Positions 20,623-29,300 of a DNA stretch of 64,000 bases are shown here, piece after piece; the stretch's first letter is position 1, and every line of letters starts with the position of its first letter. The notes beneath the pieces are model-generated. The model saw only the letters and a program-made list of their open reading frames with translations. It made no database searches and had not been told where the DNA came from. The stretch lies in contig DATGXI010000095.1 of NCBI GenBank assembly GCA_035299065.1, forward strand, positions 12,299 through 76,298. The letters are read 5' to 3'. The position numbers and the translations under genes are program-made. The stretch comes from Flavobacteriales bacterium. Its GTDB lineage: Bacteria > Bacteroidota > Bacteroidia > Flavobacteriales_D > UBA2798.

Positions 20623-20910
20623 ATGCAAAAAACAAACAACAGCAGGATTGAAGAAACACTAACCAGTTTAAACGGCATTAAACGTGCTGAAGCAAATGCT
20701 TACACCTTTGATAAGGTTATGCTCAGGCTGGAAGAACAACCAGTACCGGCTTTTGCGCTAAAATGGAATTGGATTATAGGAATGCTTACGCTTATTATAA
20801 TGAATGCCAGTGTGGCTGTTTATTCAACACAAACAAGCACATCAACCAGCGAACATTATTATGAAGATTTGGTTAGTGAAATAGGAGATAATATTGAATA
20901 TAGTTATTAA
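20623..20910 (+). CDS. Small single-TM protein, probable anti-sigma factor
   Basis: Directly downstream of the ECF sigma gene; short N-terminal cytoplasmic helix plus one TM segment (WNWIIGMLTLIIMNASVAVY). Confidence 0.6.
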   Translation: MQKTNNSRIEETLTSLNGIKRAEANAYTFDKVMLRLEEQPVPAFALKWNWIIGMLTLIIMNASVAVYSTQTSTSTSEHYYEDLVSEIGDNIEYSY

Positions 20911-20960
20911 TGAAGGTTTATTTAAGCCATGATCTGTAATAAATAAAAATTTAAAAAAAT

Positions 20961-21434
20961 ATGAATAAAAATTTAGCCGTATGGAAATGGGCAACCATTG
21001 TTATGCTTTTGTGCAATATGGGTTTAATGGCATTTGTTTTATTGAGGCCCTGCCCGCCTCCACCCCCACATGGTGGACCGCACGGAGTTGACAAATTTAT
21101 AATTAATGAACTGGAACTGGACGAGCAACAAATTGCAAAATTTGACTTACTCAAAAAAGAACACCGCAGTAAAATGGAGAAATTACGCAAGTCCGGCCGT
21201 AAATTGCGCAACGTTTATTTTGAACAATTAAAAAACACCAAAGAAAATGATTCGCTGGTGCGCGCCAGGGCTACTGCCATTGGCATAAATCAACAGGAAA
21301 TTGAATTAGCAACCTATATTCACTTTAAGTCGCTGCGCAATATGCTTACTGAAACACAAAAAGAAATTTTTGATTCAATCATTCAGGAAGTATTACGCAG
21401 GATGGGGCCGCCACCTAAACATGCTGAAAAATAA
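20961..21434 (+). CDS. Spy/CpxP-like periplasmic protein (heavy-metal-sensor type)
   Basis: N-terminal TM, Pro-rich linker, ELELDEQQ and MLTETQKE (LTxxQ-like) helical repeats. Confidence 0.75.
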   Translation: MNKNLAVWKWATIVMLLCNMGLMAFVLLRPCPPPPPHGGPHGVDKFIINELELDEQQIAKFDLLKKEHRSKMEKLRKSGRKLRNVYFEQLKNTKENDSLVRARATAIGINQQEIELATYIHFKSLRNMLTETQKEIFDSIIQEVLRRMGPPPKHAEK

Positions 21435-21455
21435 ACGTAACCAACATAAAATAAA

Positions 21456-22829
21456 ATGAAAAAAAACAAATTGATACATGCGCCTGTGTTTTTGCTTGCG
21501 CTGTTTGCTCTTAATGCAAGTGCACAAACCAATCCTGCCATTACATCATGGTACATTAATACATCAGGATTAACAGGCCGTCATTACATAAGCGGTAGCG
21601 CAACACCTATAATTGACGCCACTTACCCCGCCAACGTACAATCGGTTGCGTACAACACAACGCATGCATATATAAGCTGTAGTGGTATACCGGCATACAT
21701 TATTGGGCCTTACCTGGATGGAAATCCCAACCAGGGGGAAGACAATGATAATATTTACCGTATACCTTTAAGCCCTGTTCAAAATACAGGAACACCTACG
21801 GCAACAACCTCAGGAACCATTGGTGTGTTTTTAAATGGAGTTTCATTGTTTGATTACCGTGACGGTGTTTCATGGAAAAGTTCAACCAGTGCCGAAGCTG
21901 GGGGTCCTATTCCAGGTGGACCGGGTGACGGTGTATGGAACCGAGATGCAATAGTTGCCGAGAAATCGGGTTTTGATTGTGCCAAAGGTCATCCGGCAGG
22001 AACCAATTACCACCACCATCAAAATCCCAGTGCATTTAACCTTGACCTGAGCGTTATATCCAATATTTGCGATACGTATTTAGCAGATGGGTTATATGTT
22101 ATTGATTCAACTGTTCATTCACCTCTTTTGGGTTTTGCTTATGATGGTTTTCCGATTTATGGTGCATATGGATACAAAAATCTGGATGGAACCGGAGGAA
22201 TAGTTCGTATTAAATCAAGTTATGCATTGCGCAGCATGAGTGCACGCACCCATTATGCTGATGGAACAGATGTGACGGACGGACCACCCATCAATGCAAC
22301 GTACCCCCTTGGACGTTACCGTGAAGATTACGAGTACATTCCAACATCGGCCTCAACGCCTGACTATTTGGATGAACACAATGGCCGTGTGTGTGTGACA
22401 CCCGAATATCCGGCAGGTATTTATTGCTATTTTACTACGGTTGATGATAACTGGAATTCGGCATACCCGTATGCGGTGGGTCCTACATTTTACGGCACAA
22501 AAGTGGTGCAGCTGGTAACTTCATTACCTGGGGGCTTAACCACCTATACACCAAGTTCGGTTAGTGAGCAGGTTGTACTAGGTTTTGAAATGACTATTTT
22601 TCCAAACCCGGCCAACGCACAGGTGATTGTGCAATGTAAAAATGAGTTGCAGCATAACAGGCGTGTGGATTTGATAAGTGTTGAAGGAAAGGTTATTCAA
22701 ACGCAAACCATATTCCAGGGAAGCACTTTGTGTTTTTTTGATACACATACAATTAATGCCGGTACATATATGGTTAAAATTACCAGTGGCAATGCCACAG
22801 AGACCGGACGCCTGGTAATTGTCCAATAG
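21456..22829 (+). CDS. YHYH-domain protein with T9SS type-A CTD
   Basis: Signal peptide; IGVFLNGV, GHP.GTNYHHH, HSPLLGFAYDGFPIYG and LDEHNGR...PEYP motifs; CTD IFPNPA...GTYMVKI. Confidence 0.85.
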   Translation: MKKNKLIHAPVFLLALFALNASAQTNPAITSWYINTSGLTGRHYISGSATPIIDATYPANVQSVAYNTTHAYISCSGIPAYIIGPYLDGNPNQGEDNDNIYRIPLSPVQNTGTPTATTSGTIGVFLNGVSLFDYRDGVSWKSSTSAEAGGPIPGGPGDGVWNRDAIVAEKSGFDCAKGHPAGTNYHHHQNPSAFNLDLSVISNICDTYLADGLYVIDSTVHSPLLGFAYDGFPIYGAYGYKNLDGTGGIVRIKSSYALRSMSARTHYADGTDVTDGPPINATYPLGRYREDYEYIPTSASTPDYLDEHNGRVCVTPEYPAGIYCYFTTVDDNWNSAYPYAVGPTFYGTKVVQLVTSLPGGLTTYTPSSVSEQVVLGFEMTIFPNPANAQVIVQCKNELQHNRRVDLISVEGKVIQTQTIFQGSTLCFFDTHTINAGTYMVKITSGNATETGRLVIVQ

Positions 22830-22854
22830 TTATAGTTCCCAGTTTATTTTAAGT

Positions 22855-22906
22855 TGCCGGTAATGACCGGCATACCATAACCCGGCAAACAAAGCCGGGT
22901 TTTTTT
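22855..22906 (+). terminator. Tandem hairpins ending in an intrinsic terminator
   Basis: TGCCGGT/ACCGGCA hairpin (22855-22872), then AACCCGGC/GCCGGGTT stem plus T-run. Confidence 0.8.
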
Positions 22907-22991
22907 GTTTAAATTGGTTATGCCAAAAAAAAGCCCGTAAAACTCACTGTTTAACTTTAGTAATTGTTATTTTCGTACAAGCACATCCCAT

Positions 22992-23429
22992 TTGACAACA
23001 ACGTTTAAAAAAGAGATTGAGATACCTGAGGCTTACATACGTGAAAGGTATGACGGCATTATACAGGTAACCTTTAAAGAGGGAATTACCATGGATTTGG
23101 ATGTGCAGGTACGCCTTCACGAAAAGTATGCTGAAATTTGTGAAGGCAAACGGTTGCCTTTTCTGTATGAGGCCATGGATCATGTTACCATTACCAAAGA
23201 GGCGAAAGAATACGTTGTAAAAATTGAAGACATTTCACCCGTAAAGGCAACTGCCGTATTAGTCAATAATCTTGCCTATAAACTTATTGCTGAATTTTAT
23301 TACCGTGTAAATAAGCCAAAAAAGCCGTTCAGGATTTTTAGCAAGGAAGACAAAGCCGTTGAATGGCTCAGGCAGTTTTTGAACGATTCTCCCTTTGAGA
23401 GCACCAAAACAACCAGGAACGGTAAGTAG
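22992..23429 (+). CDS. STAS/SEC14-like small protein (DUF7793-like), paralogue 1
   Basis: TTG start; ITKEAK...AVLVNNLAYKLIAEFYYRVNKPKKPFRIFSKEDKAVEWL; clear paralogue of the next gene. Confidence 0.7.
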   Translation: MTTTFKKEIEIPEAYIRERYDGIIQVTFKEGITMDLDVQVRLHEKYAEICEGKRLPFLYEAMDHVTITKEAKEYVVKIEDISPVKATAVLVNNLAYKLIAEFYYRVNKPKKPFRIFSKEDKAVEWLRQFLNDSPFESTKTTRNGK

Positions 23430-23484
23430 TAAATTAATTTGGCCTTTTTATGGCACTTTTTTTTCTAGCTTAGCGGCATATTCA

Positions 23485-23886
23485 ATGGAAACGGAAAACC
23501 TTTACATACGCACAGTTGAACTGCCCGAGGCAACAATAAAATTACGTTCTGACAGCATAGTTTACGTACTTTTCAAGGAAGGAACTACACTGGATATTCC
23601 ACTTCAAATGCGTTTGCTTGATGCGTACAATGATATTTGCGATGGACGCAAGCTACCGTTTTTGTTTGATGCCATGGAACACGTTAGCATTACAAAAGAA
23701 GCAAAAGTAAATGCCATTGAAATTGAAGCCGTGGCACCCGTTACCGCCTCGGCCATTGTGGCGCGCAACCTTGCATACAGGCTTATTGCCGAATTTTACC
23801 TCAAAATAAATAAACCAAAAACGCCATTTAAAATATTCAAAAACGAAGAAGACGCTGTTTCCTGGCTGCGCCTGTTTTTATATTAA
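23485..23886 (+). CDS. STAS/SEC14-like small protein (DUF7793-like), paralogue 2
   Basis: Likely start ATG 23485; ITKEAK...NLAYRLIAEFYLKINKPKTPFKIFKNEEDAVSWL. Confidence 0.7.
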   Translation: METENLYIRTVELPEATIKLRSDSIVYVLFKEGTTLDIPLQMRLLDAYNDICDGRKLPFLFDAMEHVSITKEAKVNAIEIEAVAPVTASAIVARNLAYRLIAEFYLKINKPKTPFKIFKNEEDAVSWLRLFLY

Positions 23887-23891
23887 ATTGT

Positions 23892-24290
23892 ATGAAGACA
23901 AAAAAAATAAAACAAACCGTAAAATTCAATGCAACACCCGCCCAATGTTACGAATTGATTATGGATGCAAAAAAACATGGGCAGTTTACTGGCGGTAAAA
24001 CAACCATGAATAAAAAGCCTAAAGGAAAATTTCAGGTATTTGATGGTTATGTACATGGCTATAACATTGAACTGGTGGACGGAAAAAAAATTGTGCAGGC
24101 CTGGCATTTTGCTGAAGAGGGATGGCCCGAAGACCATTTTTCCATATGCACTTTTGAATTTAATAAGGACGGCAAAGGAACAAAACTCAACTTTACCCAG
24201 GAAGGTGTTCCCGAACATAAAGTAGAGGATTTAAAAAAAGGCTGGAAAACGTATTACTGGAAACCAATCAAGAATTTACTGGACGCGTAA
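23892..24290 (+). CDS. SRPBCC/AHSA1-like domain protein
   Basis: GKFQVFDGYVHGYNIELVDGKKIVQAW...TKLNFTQEGVP...KKGWKTYYW pattern. Confidence 0.85.
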   Translation: MKTKKIKQTVKFNATPAQCYELIMDAKKHGQFTGGKTTMNKKPKGKFQVFDGYVHGYNIELVDGKKIVQAWHFAEEGWPEDHFSICTFEFNKDGKGTKLNFTQEGVPEHKVEDLKKGWKTYYWKPIKNLLDA

Positions 24291-24390
24291 AAGAGTTCAA
24301 ACCACTGTTATTTACCCATAACTGCTCAACATCCAACGCTGTTTGGTGTTAAATATTTACTAATATATTGGTTATCATAATTAAATTGCC

Positions 24391-24398
24391 TAAATTTG
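24391..24398 (+). promoter_or_regulatory. -7 promoter element for ygiD
   Basis: TAAATTTG, 25 nt upstream of ATG 24424. Confidence 0.6.
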
Positions 24399-24423
24399 TA
24401 TATACAACAATTAGTCCTCAAGA

Positions 24424-25299
24424 ATGGACAGGAAAGCATTTATACAAAAATCACTACTGACATTAACCGGCCTTATGGTAACCGATATTTCAAAAGCATT
24501 TAATGCATTAAGTTCGCTTCCTGCGAGTGAGCGCATGCCTGTTTTATTTGTAGGGCATGGAAATCCCATGAACGCAATTCTTGACAACGCTTACAGTAAA
24601 AGGTGGCGTGAACTAGGAACAAAACTAATTGCACCAAAAGCAATTTTATGCGTAAGTGCACATTGGATGACGCGTGGTAAAACAAAAGTAACCGCCATGC
24701 CCACACCAAAAACAATTCATGATTTTGGTGGTTTTCCGCAGGAATTATTTGATGCACAATACCCGGCACCGGGTTCACCTGAGTTTGCAAAACTCACCAT
24801 ACAAACAGTAAAAAAAGCGCATGTTGAAGAGGACCATGAATGGGGACTGGACCACGGCACGTGGAGTATATTAATGCAAATGTTCCCAAAGGCAAATATA
24901 CCTGTTTACCAGCTGAGCCTGGATCTCTCACGCGATACGCAATACCATTTTGAACTGGCACAGGAATTAAAATCATTGCGCGAAAAAGGTGTAATGATTA
25001 TTGGAAGCGGCAACATGGTACATAACCTTGGCGTAATAAGCTGGGAAAATAATAAGGTATTTGACTGGGCCAGTGAATTTGATTCGAAAATGAAAACCTT
25101 TATTGATGAACGAAACTTTAAAGGCGTTGTAAATTATGCTGAGCTTGGAGCGATTTCAAAAAAAGCCCATCCTACCAACGAACATTTTTTACCGTTACTC
25201 TACTCGTTGGGCGTTGCAGATGCAAAAGATGAATTGAGCTATTTTAACGAGGGCATTGATTTGGGATCCATTTCAATGCGCAGTGTATTGTTTGCTTAG
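24424..25299 (+). CDS. ygiD: 4,5-DOPA dioxygenase extradiol (LigB family)
   Basis: LFVGHGNPM, SAHW, IHDFGGFP, GLDHGTW, GSGNMVHNL and HPTNEHFLPL motifs. Confidence 0.92.
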   Translation: MDRKAFIQKSLLTLTGLMVTDISKAFNALSSLPASERMPVLFVGHGNPMNAILDNAYSKRWRELGTKLIAPKAILCVSAHWMTRGKTKVTAMPTPKTIHDFGGFPQELFDAQYPAPGSPEFAKLTIQTVKKAHVEEDHEWGLDHGTWSILMQMFPKANIPVYQLSLDLSRDTQYHFELAQELKSLREKGVMIIGSGNMVHNLGVISWENNKVFDWASEFDSKMKTFIDERNFKGVVNYAELGAISKKAHPTNEHFLPLLYSLGVADAKDELSYFNEGIDLGSISMRSVLFA

Positions 25300-25313
25300 T
25301 AACCCTGCCTGAC

Positions 25314-25709
25314 TTATAAAGCAGCATTCAAAATTGTTTTTCCTTTTAGTGCTTTAAAGCGAAAATTCATATCCATTTTAAGCGTGCTTACAAAACAGTC
25401 AAGCAACTCCTTTTCAATTGGCTTTAATTCACACTGAATTTTGCTTTTTACGCGTTTTACCTTTTTGATCATACCATCATTGCCTATGGCAAGGTTAGCA
25501 AAGAATTCAAATTTATTGCATTTGGCTGAGTCAATCAGGTTTTCCATCATGGGCATACAGGTGCCGTTTCCGTTACCGCTCCATTCCTCTATAAACATAT
25601 TCCACTCTTGCTTTTGCTCAGTGGTGAACTGCGATGGGTTAATTTTTTTTTGCCCCTGTGACAAAAAGGTTGCGCAGCAAAAAGAAAAAAAGAAGATGAA
25701 CCTGGTCAT
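25314..25709 (-). CDS. Small exported Cys-containing hypothetical protein
   Basis: Signal peptide; its start overlaps the stop of the upstream lipoprotein gene (TAATG). Confidence 0.6.
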   Translation of the reverse strand: MTRFIFFFSFCCATFLSQGQKKINPSQFTTEQKQEWNMFIEEWSGNGNGTCMPMMENLIDSAKCNKFEFFANLAIGNDGMIKKVKRVKSKIQCELKPIEKELLDCFVSTLKMDMNFRFKALKGKTILNAAL

Positions 25710-26893
25710 TATTTTTTTCTGGCATAAATCATTACGCCTTCACCGTAATTTCCAATGTACGATATGCGGAATGGTAAACGACCATACTTTTTACTTGCTT
25801 CAAGGTCCTTTTTCAATTCCTTTTGCAGGCACCAGCTTAAGTCATCAATCACCATTGAATATTTGCCATACAGGGTCATGTCCATTTTTTCCTTGTCAAA
25901 ATATTTGTATGGCACACCCGTGTCGTCCTGCAAAATTTTATTGCTGTTAAGCACAAGACCACGCATTACCGCAAAGTTGGTATTTTGCAATACGCATGAT
26001 GCGCTTTTCATATAGGAAACACGTTTGCCAAAACCGTCAACAAAAGCACTAAACTCCTTGTGGTTGTTCAAATACTCGTCACTTGCGTTTAATTTAAAGT
26101 AATAAGCTGCTTTTTTTACGGTACGGTCAGGTGATAAAAATTCAATTTTAACTGCAGTAATTGCTGTATCGGAAACTTTTACACTGTCACTCATACGTAC
26201 GGCTGTTCCATCAGTATCAATGTAGACATTATATACATCACAAATGGTGTGATTTGTGCGTGCCATCATGTACAGCATCATGTGCACCATGCCGTTCAGG
26301 TTAGCTTTACCAAAATCGCCACTCATGTGGGACGTCACAAAATATCCTGCTTTGTTCAGGTATTTCATGGATTGGCGAATGCCGTCAAAATAACGTTTAA
26401 GGGCATCGTCCTTTAACTCACGAAAATCACACATTTTGCCTTTTGGTTCCAGGCCAAGCATTACGTAATTGGTTGCGTTTGGAAAAAATGCGTTGCCAAA
26501 TAAAAAATCGGGGCCCGATAGCGGGTAAAAACACAGGCTGTTGTCACTTGTATCGGTAATTTTTTCGGTCTTGATCCATTTTGAAATGGGCGCAAGCATA
26601 CTGTCAGTTGTACGTTTCCAGCTGGTGTCGGCAAACTGCATGTGCGTTGCATAAAAATCTTTTGCCTGTATGTCTTTACAATATTTTAATGTTGGCTGGC
26701 CTGCAATGAGTTTTGAAAAGTCGGTCCAAAGGGTATCAAACGCCAGCTCTGGCTTTTTGATTTCAGCTTTAGCTGTTGTATCACCTGCCGGTTTTTCCTT
26801 TGTTCCCGTATCTTTTTTTTCATCACCTCCACAGGAAGTGATAAACAATGCTGACGCAAGTGCCAGCCCAATAAATTTGTTAAGCATATTCAA
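25709..26893 (-). CDS. Hypothetical lipoprotein
   Basis: Lipobox LFITS-C; 394 aa; FYPLSGPDFL and YMKSASC motifs; function not recognised. Confidence 0.75.
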   Translation of the reverse strand: MNMLNKFIGLALASALFITSCGGDEKKDTGTKEKPAGDTTAKAEIKKPELAFDTLWTDFSKLIAGQPTLKYCKDIQAKDFYATHMQFADTSWKRTTDSMLAPISKWIKTEKITDTSDNSLCFYPLSGPDFLFGNAFFPNATNYVMLGLEPKGKMCDFRELKDDALKRYFDGIRQSMKYLNKAGYFVTSHMSGDFGKANLNGMVHMMLYMMARTNHTICDVYNVYIDTDGTAVRMSDSVKVSDTAITAVKIEFLSPDRTVKKAAYYFKLNASDEYLNNHKEFSAFVDGFGKRVSYMKSASCVLQNTNFAVMRGLVLNSNKILQDDTGVPYKYFDKEKMDMTLYGKYSMVIDDLSWCLQKELKKDLEASKKYGRLPFRISYIGNYGEGVMIYARKK

Positions 26894-26974
26894 AACTATG
26901 GAATAATATTAAAAGCTAACCTACCGTATGATAGAATAGAATAAACGAATAATTGTTAGCTACGGGTTATGCCC

Positions 26975-27157
26975 GCGTGAGGGATGGAAGTGGAAAGCCC
27001 GCACCCTGAAGTGAGAGCGTCAATGAATTAGCTTAAATAGCAGTGATAAATTTAGGCGCTTTACTTCAGGGGAGGACTTGGAACGTACAGCCCGACCCCA
27101 CGAGGGTAAGTGATTTCAAGTTTAAGATTTCAAATTTAAGATTGAGTGGGGGCACGC
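26975..27157 (+). ncRNA. Structured intergenic element, copy 2 (Flavo-1-like core)
   Basis: Core AGGGATGGAAGTGGAAAGCCCG...GAGGACTTGGAACGTACAGCCCGACCC; long hairpin at 27004-27021/27055-27071; closing GCGTG/CACGC. Confidence 0.65.
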
Positions 27158-27175
27158 ACTAAACTGAACTAAGGG

Positions 27176-28162
27176 TTATACCAACTCGGTAAATTTTTCG
27201 GGAATTGAAATAAGTGTTTCGCGAATCTCATCAATGTTATTAGAGGTAACCAATTTCATACGCGTGTCCTTAAAATGCGGTACGCCTTTAAAATAATTGG
27301 TGTAATGCCTGCGCATTTCCAAAATTCCAAGTGTTGTACCTTTCCATTTTACTGAAAACTCCAGGTGTTGGCTTGCGGCCTCAACCCTGTTGGCAATGGT
27401 GGGCGGTGGTAAATGCTGACCGGTTTTTGCAAAATGTTTTATTTCATTAAAAATCCACGGGTAACCAATGCTTGCGCGGCCAATCATAATACCGTCAACT
27501 CCGTATTGCTTTTTGTATTCAATTGCTTTTTCAGGACTATCAATATCGCCATTGCCAAAAATGGGAATTTTTATACGTGGGTTATTCTTTATTTCGGCAA
27601 TCATTGTCCAGTCGGCACTGCCTTTATACATTTGTGCACGTGTGCGACCGTGAATGGTAAGGGCTGCAATGCCCACGTCCTGCAGGCGTTCGGCTACTTC
27701 GGTTACGTTTTTTGTTGTGTCATCCCAGCCAAGGCGGGTTTTTACGGTCACCGGCCGGGTTGCAATTTTTACAATTTCACCCGTCATCATGGCCATTTTT
27801 GGAATGTCCTGAAGCAAGGCTGCGCCTGCGCCTTTACAGGCAACATTTTTTACCGGGCATCCAAAATTTATGTCAATTAAATCGGGGCCGGCCTGGTCAG
27901 CAATCAACCCTGCCTCACGCATGCTATCAATGTTACTGCCATACAGCTGAATACCTATAGGGCGTTCATACTCAAAAATGTCGAGTTTTTTTTTGCTTTT
28001 AACCGCGTGCCTGATAAGCCCTTCTGAGGAAATAAATTCGGTATACATGAGGTCAGCCCCGTGCTTTTTACATACGGCCCTGAACGGTGGATCGCTAACG
28101 TCCTCCATAGGAGCCAGTAAAAGAGGGAATTCCCCGAGTTCTATATTTCCTATCTTTACCAT
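27176..28162 (-). CDS. dusB: tRNA-dihydrouridine synthase B
   Basis: LLLAPMEDVSD, IDINFGCP, VTVKTRLGWD, IHGRT and NGDI motifs. Start ATG 28162, not 28402, which would overlap the divergent gene. Confidence 0.95.
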   Translation of the reverse strand: MVKIGNIELGEFPLLLAPMEDVSDPPFRAVCKKHGADLMYTEFISSEGLIRHAVKSKKKLDIFEYERPIGIQLYGSNIDSMREAGLIADQAGPDLIDINFGCPVKNVACKGAGAALLQDIPKMAMMTGEIVKIATRPVTVKTRLGWDDTTKNVTEVAERLQDVGIAALTIHGRTRAQMYKGSADWTMIAEIKNNPRIKIPIFGNGDIDSPEKAIEYKKQYGVDGIMIGRASIGYPWIFNEIKHFAKTGQHLPPPTIANRVEAASQHLEFSVKWKGTTLGILEMRRHYTNYFKGVPHFKDTRMKLVTSNNIDEIRETLISIPEKFTELV

Positions 28163-28184
28163 TGTTCTGATACCTACCGGAACG

Positions 28185-28192
28185 CAAAAATA
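28185..28192 (-). promoter_or_regulatory. -7 promoter element for dusB
   Basis: TATTTTTG on the minus strand, 22 nt upstream of the start. Confidence 0.6.
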
Positions 28193-28199
28193 GCACATA

Positions 28200-29156
28200 A
28201 TGTCACAGGAAAGCAAAATTCCTTTTTTACGCAATTTTAACCCGGGCATGAACCTGATGACGGTGTTTAGCCTGGTTTTTTTAGGTGTTATTGTTGGCGA
28301 TCTGGTATTTTGGATGCTGGCAAAAGCATTTTGGGGTGTAAACACATTTGCTGAAAACAATGTGTTGTCAAATGAACTAACACCTTCAACTTTTGCATAC
28401 ATTCAAACCAATTACATTGTGCATGCTATTTGTGTGTTTTTGACACCTGCAACGGTATTCAGGCGGTTGATGGAATTTCCGCAACAGGATTATTTTTTAA
28501 TTCGCAGGGTTGTAACATTGAGAATGGCTGGAATTATTTTATTGGTTTTTTTAGCGTGTTTTCCTGCAGCAAATTTTCTTGTTTATTTTAACCAGCAATT
28601 GGACTTTTCATTTATTTCACCCGAAATTGGTGAGCAAATTAAGGCGATGGAAAATTCAAATGATGAATTTAAAATTCAATTGCTTGGCCAGCCCGGGTAT
28701 TCATCACTTTTCATTAACCTTGCCACCACGGCCGTGCTTGCGGCTATAGGCGAGGAACTGCTGTTCAGAGGTATTTTTCAACGCTTATTCATTAAACTAT
28801 TCAGGAACGTTCATGTTGCTGTAATTGTAGGCGCTGCCCTTTTTAGTTTTGTACATTTTAGTTATTACGGGTTTATTCCACGTTTTTTCATGGGCATGGC
28901 GTTAGGCTACATATACCTGGCAACTGCCAATATATGGTACTGCATATTTTTCCATTTCCTGAACAATGCTTTGGGCGTAACAATGGGTTGGTTAATGGGA
29001 CATGGATACGATGTAAGCTTTTTTGATTCGTTTGGTGGCGGAACAGATACTAAATGGATAGGTTTTGGGTTGCTGGTAATTGTGGTTGCGTGCCTAATTT
29101 TGATGATAAACAAGTTGATCAACAAAGAACTCATACACGAAATCAAGGAATATTAA
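28200..29156 (+). CDS. CPBP (CAAX protease-like) intramembrane metalloprotease
   Basis: IGEELLFRG, FSFVH and HFLNN motifs; multiple TM helices. Confidence 0.92.
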   Translation: MSQESKIPFLRNFNPGMNLMTVFSLVFLGVIVGDLVFWMLAKAFWGVNTFAENNVLSNELTPSTFAYIQTNYIVHAICVFLTPATVFRRLMEFPQQDYFLIRRVVTLRMAGIILLVFLACFPAANFLVYFNQQLDFSFISPEIGEQIKAMENSNDEFKIQLLGQPGYSSLFINLATTAVLAAIGEELLFRGIFQRLFIKLFRNVHVAVIVGAALFSFVHFSYYGFIPRFFMGMALGYIYLATANIWYCIFFHFLNNALGVTMGWLMGHGYDVSFFDSFGGGTDTKWIGFGLLVIVVACLILMINKLINKELIHEIKEY

Positions 29157-29300
29157 CCCGAAGGAACAAACAGTAACCTGGTAAGTACAAAACCAGTAGT
29201 TCACCGGCCCGGGGCTTGGTTTAAGCGATTGAACAAATAAATAGTAATTGCCCCACTTTTCATACGTAAAATCACTATTTTTAGGCATTCAAAAAAATCC

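Noticed and set aside
28163-28402. 80-aa N-terminal extension of DusB in the ORF track; similar extensions for the S8 peptidase, transglycosylase, second STAS-like gene and dut
   Set aside because: The extensions overlap neighbouring genes or promoters; downstream ATGs match family N-termini or signal peptides.
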